A stretch of 64,000 bases of DNA, from assembly GCA_003567475.1 (NCBI GenBank), contig PWZL01000101.1, forward strand, positions 5,644 through 69,643, written 5' to 3'. Positions 59,410 to 64,000 of the stretch are shown piece after piece (position 1 is the first letter of the stretch; every line of letters starts with the position of its first letter). The stretch comes from Gammaproteobacteria bacterium (GTDB lineage: Bacteria; Pseudomonadota; Gammaproteobacteria; Steroidobacterales; PWYM01). A program made the translations under genes and the position numbers. The notes below the pieces were generated by a model. The model had not been told where the DNA came from. It worked only from the letters and a program-made list of their open reading frames with translations, and searched no databases.

Positions 59410-60801
59410 ATGAAACCAGTCACCCCGCTGAGTGTGGTCGTGCTTGCCGCCGGCGCCGGCAAACGCATGGGTTCCCCGCTGCCCAAGGTTCTCCAACCCC
59501 TGGCTGGCCGGCCGTTGCTCGACCATGTGCTCGTCTGTGCCGAAGCGTTGGGACCGACCGCGATCCACGTGGTCCACGGGCATGGCGGCGAGCGGGTCCG
59601 TCATCACTTTGCTGAGCGTGCGCACCTCAACTGGGTCGAGCAATCCCAGCGTCTGGGCACCGGCCATGCCGTCGCGCAGGCCATTCCCCAGATTCCCTTG
59701 GATCACCTGGTGCTGGTCCTGTGCGGTGACGTCCCGCTGCTTCGCCCGGCCACGCTCGCAGCGCTCCTCAGCGCCACCGGCGCTGGCGTCGGTGTGCTGA
59801 GCGTCGCATTGCCAGATCCCACGGGCTATGGTCGGATCGTCCGCGACGCCACAGGCGGCGTCTCCGCCATTGTCGAGGAGCGCGACGCCGATGAGCCCAC
59901 CCGTGCCATTCGTGAAGTGAACACCGGCGTCATCGCCGCCCCCGCCGGGCGGCTGGCGGGGTGGCTCGCTCGTCTGCGCAACGACAATGCTCAGGGCGAG
60001 TACTACCTGACCGACATCATCGCCATGGCTGTCGCCGAGGGCGTGACGGTGGCCGGCGTACCGGCGGCCGACGCGGACGAAGTGGTCGGCATCAACACCC
60101 GGCGGCAACTCGCCGACGCCGAATCGGCGCTGCGCCGTCGTCTTGCTGGTCTGCTGCTGGATCAGGGTGCGATCCTCGCCGACCCCACGCGCATCGACAT
60201 CCGGGGAGAGGTGACGGTCGGTCAGGATGTCTTCCTCGATGCGAACGTCACGCTCGAGGGCCGGGTGGCGCTCGCCGATGGCGTGCGCGTCGGTCCGAAC
60301 GTCGTGCTGCGTGATGTCCACCTGGGCCCCGGCACGGTGGTCCATCCCTTCTCGCTGCTCGAGGGCATGAGCTGCGGCACCGACTGCCAGCTCGGGCCCT
60401 ATGCGCGTGTGCGCCCCGGCAGCACACTCGCCGAACGCGTAAGACTCGGCAATTTCGTCGAGGTGAAGAACAGCCACCTGGCCGAGGGTGCCAAGGCGAA
60501 CCACCTGAGTTACGTAGGCGACGCCGATGTGGGTCGTGATGCCAACCTCGGCGCTGGCACCATCACCTGCAATTACGACGGTGCCAACAAGCACCGCACG
60601 GTGATCGGTGAAGGCGCATTCATCGGCTCGGGCGTGGAGCTGGTGGCGCCGGTCGCCATCGGTCCCGGCGCGACCGTCGGTGCCGGTTCGACCATCAGCA
60701 AGGACGCCCCGCCGCATCAACTCACCCTGGCGCGTGCCCGCCAGACCACGCTGCGCCATTGGCAGCGGCCCACCAAACAGCGGTCGGGCGACGACCACTG
60801 A
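59410..60801 (+). CDS. glmU: Bifunctional UDP-N-acetylglucosamine pyrophosphorylase / GlcN-1-P acetyltransferase
   Basis: VVLAAGAGKRM N-terminus and C-terminal left-handed beta-helix hexapeptide repeats. Confidence 0.95.
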   Translation: MKPVTPLSVVVLAAGAGKRMGSPLPKVLQPLAGRPLLDHVLVCAEALGPTAIHVVHGHGGERVRHHFAERAHLNWVEQSQRLGTGHAVAQAIPQIPLDHLVLVLCGDVPLLRPATLAALLSATGAGVGVLSVALPDPTGYGRIVRDATGGVSAIVEERDADEPTRAIREVNTGVIAAPAGRLAGWLARLRNDNAQGEYYLTDIIAMAVAEGVTVAGVPAADADEVVGINTRRQLADAESALRRRLAGLLLDQGAILADPTRIDIRGEVTVGQDVFLDANVTLEGRVALADGVRVGPNVVLRDVHLGPGTVVHPFSLLEGMSCGTDCQLGPYARVRPGSTLAERVRLGNFVEVKNSHLAEGAKANHLSYVGDADVGRDANLGAGTITCNYDGANKHRTVIGEGAFIGSGVELVAPVAIGPGATVGAGSTISKDAPPHQLTLARARQTTLRHWQRPTKQRSGDDH

Positions 60802-60819
60802 GACTTCCCGGAGGTGCCC

Positions 60820-62652
60820 ATGTGCGGCATTGTCGGAGCCATCGCTGAACGCAACGTCGTACCGATTCTGCTCGAAGGCCTGCGGCGGCTCGAGTATCGC
60901 GGCTACGATTCCGCCGGGCTTGCGGTCGTGCAGGATGGCGCACTGGCGCGGCGTCGGCGTGTCGGCAAGGTGCGTGAACTCGAAGCAGCGCTGGCAGCCG
61001 AGCCCGTGGCCGGGCCTGTCGGCATCGCCCATACCCGCTGGGCCACCCACGGCGCCCCGACCGAAGACAACGCTCACCCACACTTCTCGGCGCCTTCGGT
61101 GGCGGTGGTGCACAACGGCATCATCGAAAACCACGCCGTGTTGCGCGAGGACCTGCAGCGCGCCGGCTTCACATTCACTTCCGACACCGACACCGAGGTG
61201 ATTGCCCATCGTCTTGAGCAGCGCCGACGCCGCAGCACCGATCTGGTCACCGCAGTGCGCGAGACCGTCGCGGAACTGGACGGTGCCTACGCCCTCGTCG
61301 CCATGAGCCTGGATGAACCGGACACCCTGATCGCCGCGCGCGCCGGCTGCCCGGTCGTGATCGGCCTGGGTCTGGGCGAGAATTTCATCGCCTCCGATGT
61401 TGCGGCGCTGCTCCCGGTCACCCGCCGGTTCATCTTTCTCGAGGAGGGCGATCTTGCGGTCGTGCGCCGCCACGCCATCGCGATCTTCGATGCGGCGGGT
61501 CAGGCCGTCGAACGCCCGGTGCGTGAGAGCGAACTGGCCGCCGACGCGGTCGAGCGGGGCCGTTTCCGCCACTATATGCAGAAAGAGATCCACGAGCAGG
61601 CGACCGCCGTCGCCCGCACGCTGGCCGGACGCATCGAGGGCGGACGCGTGCTGCCCGCGGCCTTCGGCCCGGACGCCGCAGCCCTGTTGCCCCGCGTGCG
61701 CCAGGTGCACATCATCGCTTGCGGCACCAGCTACCACGCCGGCCTTACCGCGCGCTATCAGCTCGAGGAACTGTGCCGCCTGCCCGTCACCGTGGAAATC
61801 GCCAGTGAATACCGTTATCGCTCGCCGGTCGTGCCTCCGGACACCCTGTTCATCGCCATATCCCAGTCTGGCGAAACCGCCGATACGCTGGCTGCCCTCC
61901 GCCTGGCCAAAACTCTCGGCTATCTCTCGACGCTCGCGATCTGCAACGTGCCGGAAAGCTCACTGGTCCGTGAAGCCGACATGTGCCTGATGACCCAGGC
62001 CGGCCCCGAGATCGGGGTCGCGTCGACCAAGGCCTTCACCACCCAGCTGACGGCGCTTGCGCTGTTGACGCTGGCGCTGGCCGCTGCCAACGGGACTCGC
62101 CCCGAGACCGAGCGCGTGCTTACCGCCCAGCTCGCCGAACTGCCCGGGATGATCGAGCAGACCCTCGCCTTGGACGAGGCCATCGCGGGACTCGCCGAAG
62201 CCTTCGTCGACAAGCATCACGCGCTCTTTCTCGGCCGCGGCGCGCTGAACCCCGTGGCGATGGAAGGCGCACTGAAGCTCAAGGAGATTTCCTACATCCA
62301 CGCGGAGGCCTATGCCGCTGGCGAGCTCAAGCACGGCCCGCTGGCGCTGGTTGACGAGGACATGCCGGTCGTCGCCGTCGCGCCGAACAACGAGCTCCTG
62401 GAAAAGCTGAAATCCAACCTCGAGGAAGTGCGTGCCCGCGGCGGTCAGCTGTTCGTGTTTGCCGACCCTCGGGTCACCTTCGAGTCCTCACCGGGCGTCA
62501 CCGTGATTCGTCTGCCGGCGCACGCCGAACCGCTGCAGGCGCCGCTGCTCTACACGATTCCCCTGCAGCTGCTGGCCTACCATGTCGCCGTGCTCAAGGG
62601 TACGGACGTCGATCAGCCGAGGAACCTCGCCAAGTCGGTGACGGTGGAGTAG
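60820..62652 (+). CDS. glmS: Glutamine--fructose-6-phosphate aminotransferase
   Basis: MCGIVGAI N-terminal nucleophile Cys, two SIS domains, and the C-terminal [19 protein letters not shown] at 60820 is preferred over the GTG at 60814. Confidence 0.97.
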   Translation: MCGIVGAIAERNVVPILLEGLRRLEYRGYDSAGLAVVQDGALARRRRVGKVRELEAALAAEPVAGPVGIAHTRWATHGAPTEDNAHPHFSAPSVAVVHNGIIENHAVLREDLQRAGFTFTSDTDTEVIAHRLEQRRRRSTDLVTAVRETVAELDGAYALVAMSLDEPDTLIAARAGCPVVIGLGLGENFIASDVAALLPVTRRFIFLEEGDLAVVRRHAIAIFDAAGQAVERPVRESELAADAVERGRFRHYMQKEIHEQATAVARTLAGRIEGGRVLPAAFGPDAAALLPRVRQVHIIACGTSYHAGLTARYQLEELCRLPVTVEIASEYRYRSPVVPPDTLFIAISQSGETADTLAALRLAKTLGYLSTLAICNVPESSLVREADMCLMTQAGPEIGVASTKAFTTQLTALALLTLALAAANGTRPETERVLTAQLAELPGMIEQTLALDEAIAGLAEAFVDKHHALFLGRGALNPVAMEGALKLKEISYIHAEAYAAGELKHGPLALVDEDMPVVAVAPNNELLEKLKSNLEEVRARGGQLFVFADPRVTFESSPGVTVIRLPAHAEPLQAPLLYTIPLQLLAYHVAVLKGTDVDQPRNLAKSVTVE

Positions 62653-63289
62653 CCGGCGTTCACGGGCTCTGAGCTGTTGTTCTCGACAAAACAAGCTCGC
62701 AAACAGGGAAATAAAGTCGAAAACGTACGCTCGGCTGGGGTTTCCAGTCGCCTGACCTCGTCTCGGAACGCAGGGAACGACGGTATACGGTGCGACACTT
62801 CGTCATTTAAAGCGTCCCGCCTTCCCCGGCAGCGCGCAGTGGTGGTCACACTGCTGGAAATAGCGACTCTCCTCAGTTCTCAGAGAATCCCCGACTGGGA
62901 GAAGCCTGGTAGTGTGCGACTCGCATCACCTAGGCGATAGCCTGAAGCTCGCTTCACAGTGCGTTGACGCACCATGTCGCCCAAAAGCTGCGTGTTGTCA
63001 TTATGTGACCGGTCTTTCAGAAGCGGAGTATAAGCCGAATAAAGCACCTTTTCGCTGGCTGGTGCCCGCTCCTCGCCGACGCGGGCACGTGCATGCAGCG
63101 TTCGCTGCCGCGCACTGGTCGCCGCTCAGTGGTGTCACGGCGGCCGGATTGGTCGCAGCGACTCGCCCGTCGGGGCACTTCTCACGCCCAGCCCTGCCGC
63201 CCGGCCAGCCGGCATCGTGGCCGCACCATCGTCGGCGCAGCCCCGGAGAGTCGTCGCGGGGTTGACCTGCCGGATTTCTTCGGACCACT

Positions 63290-63574
63290 TCAAACTTGGG
63301 AGATGGACGCCGTTGGTGTTGATGAAATGGTGCTCTTGAACGCGTGGGGTGTCTTCTGCCCGAGGCTCGAATGCGGCCGCACGGCGTTGTAATGCGGACG
63401 CCAGGCCTCGAAAGGCTCCTCGCAGCCCGGCAAGGTCTGCAGCGTGAACACCTTGCGGTCCTGATGCGGGCCCACGGCGATGCGGTCGGTGATCGAGGCA
63501 CCCAGCAGCTGGGCCATCGGGCCGGCCTCAAGCTCATCGCCGGCCAGATCGCTGTTCTCCGGGTCCCGTTCCAA
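63290..63574 (-). pseudogene. Integrase-core (rve) transposase C-terminal remnant, IS3/IS481-like
   Basis: The translation ends in FEAWRPHYNAVRPHSSLGQKTPHAF followed by 15 aa and a stop. This is the typical C-terminal W..YN..RPHSSLG..TP..F motif of DDE integrase-core transposases. No intact catalytic region or N-terminus is found upstream in any frame, and the track start is a TTG. Confidence 0.5.
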
Positions 63575-63816
63575 CAGCCCCTGGCGTTCCAGCGACGGCT
63601 CGATGCGCTGCGCTAGGGTCTCGGTCAGCCGGGCAAGCTGGCGGCGTCGAGTTCGGACATCTCGGGGCCGCCCACACTGCGTGCGGCGATCCCATCGGCC
63701 AATTCGGCCGCCTATGTCGGCTCCTCCACGAGCCTGGGCACAGCGATGGCGCTCTTGTCTGTACCCTTGTGGATGACCCTGGTCGAGTGGGTTTCGCCCC
63801 CTGACGGAGATGCCTG

Positions 63817-64000
63817 ATGACCGTGCCTGCGATCAAACTCACCATCATCATCAGGCGTTTGTTAAAACCAACCATCGAGCGGTTGCTCGCGGAGGCGGGG
63901 CTGACCGGGTGGTCGGTATTCCCCGGGGGCGATCGCGGAACCCATGGCGTACACCGGACCGACTCAGCCCAGCTGGTGAGGGAGTTTGCCATCGTCTGGC
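63817..64000 (+). CDS. Small P-II-like (GlnB-fold-like) protein, N-terminal part, truncated by the window end
   Basis: GGAG then 7 nt then ATG at 63817. It is open to the window end (61 codons): MTVPAIKLTIIIRRLLKPTIERLLAEAGLTGWSVFPGGDRGTHGVH. The pattern resembles PII-like accessory proteins. The assignment is tentative. Confidence 0.4.
   Translation, partial: MTVPAIKLTIIIRRLLKPTIERLLAEAGLTGWSVFPGGDRGTHGVHRTDSAQLVREFAIVW

Noticed and set aside
62677-63265. ORFs 62677-62940 (87 aa) and 62912-63265 (117 aa) downstream of glmS
   Set aside because: Non-ATG or unsupported starts, no RBS, Ser/Arg/Pro-rich translations without motifs. Treated as non-coding or decayed DNA (see the attTn7 finding).

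Overview
High-GC (about 65-67 %) gammaproteobacterial chromosome segment covering the replication-origin neighbourhood. It is almost entirely core housekeeping genes. Left part, minus strand: trmL, a VOC-family gene, ntrC-ntrB, a DUF4124 gene and glnA, then glyQS-plsC on the plus strand, then gyrB-recF-dnaN-dnaA on the minus strand. Diverging from dnaA on the plus strand: rpmH-rnpA-yidC-mnmE ... mnmG ... rsmG-parA-parB-atpIBEFHAGDC-glmU-glmS. Two gene blocks interrupt this backbone. An 8.5 kb block between mnmE and mnmG carries an acyl-CoA synthetase, a DASS symporter, a secreted S33-type hydrolase, NatAB-like ABC genes, a BASS symporter and uppP. A 16 kb block between mnmG and rsmG carries a peptide ABC importer, ydgA-like, cytochrome c4, an FeS-BCP (6-4) photolyase, acuI, an enoyl-CoA hydratase, prpBCD and ompA-like. 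Non-coding signals I can support are listed here. A likely oriC lies in the dnaA-dnaN spacer (AT-rich DUE plus DnaA boxes). Two palindromic parS sites lie inside recF. A sigma54 promoter with tandem NtrC sites lies upstream of glnA. There are one clean intrinsic terminator and a few sigma70-like promoters. I saw no rRNA, tRNA, CRISPR array, intact mobile element or recognisable defence system, and I cannot honestly point to a novel multi-gene system. The most unusual place is the last 1.35 kb. Exactly at the attTn7 position downstream of glmS, the sequence turns lower-GC and gene-poor. It carries a TGT-initiated repeat-bearing segment and an integrase-core transposase remnant, then a truncated P-II-like ORF at the window edge. 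That looks like the decayed edge of an accessory insertion continuing beyond the window. Many long ORFs in the six-frame track are antisense shadow ORFs typical of high-GC DNA and were rejected. All family assignments rest on motif recognition by eye; no database search was run.
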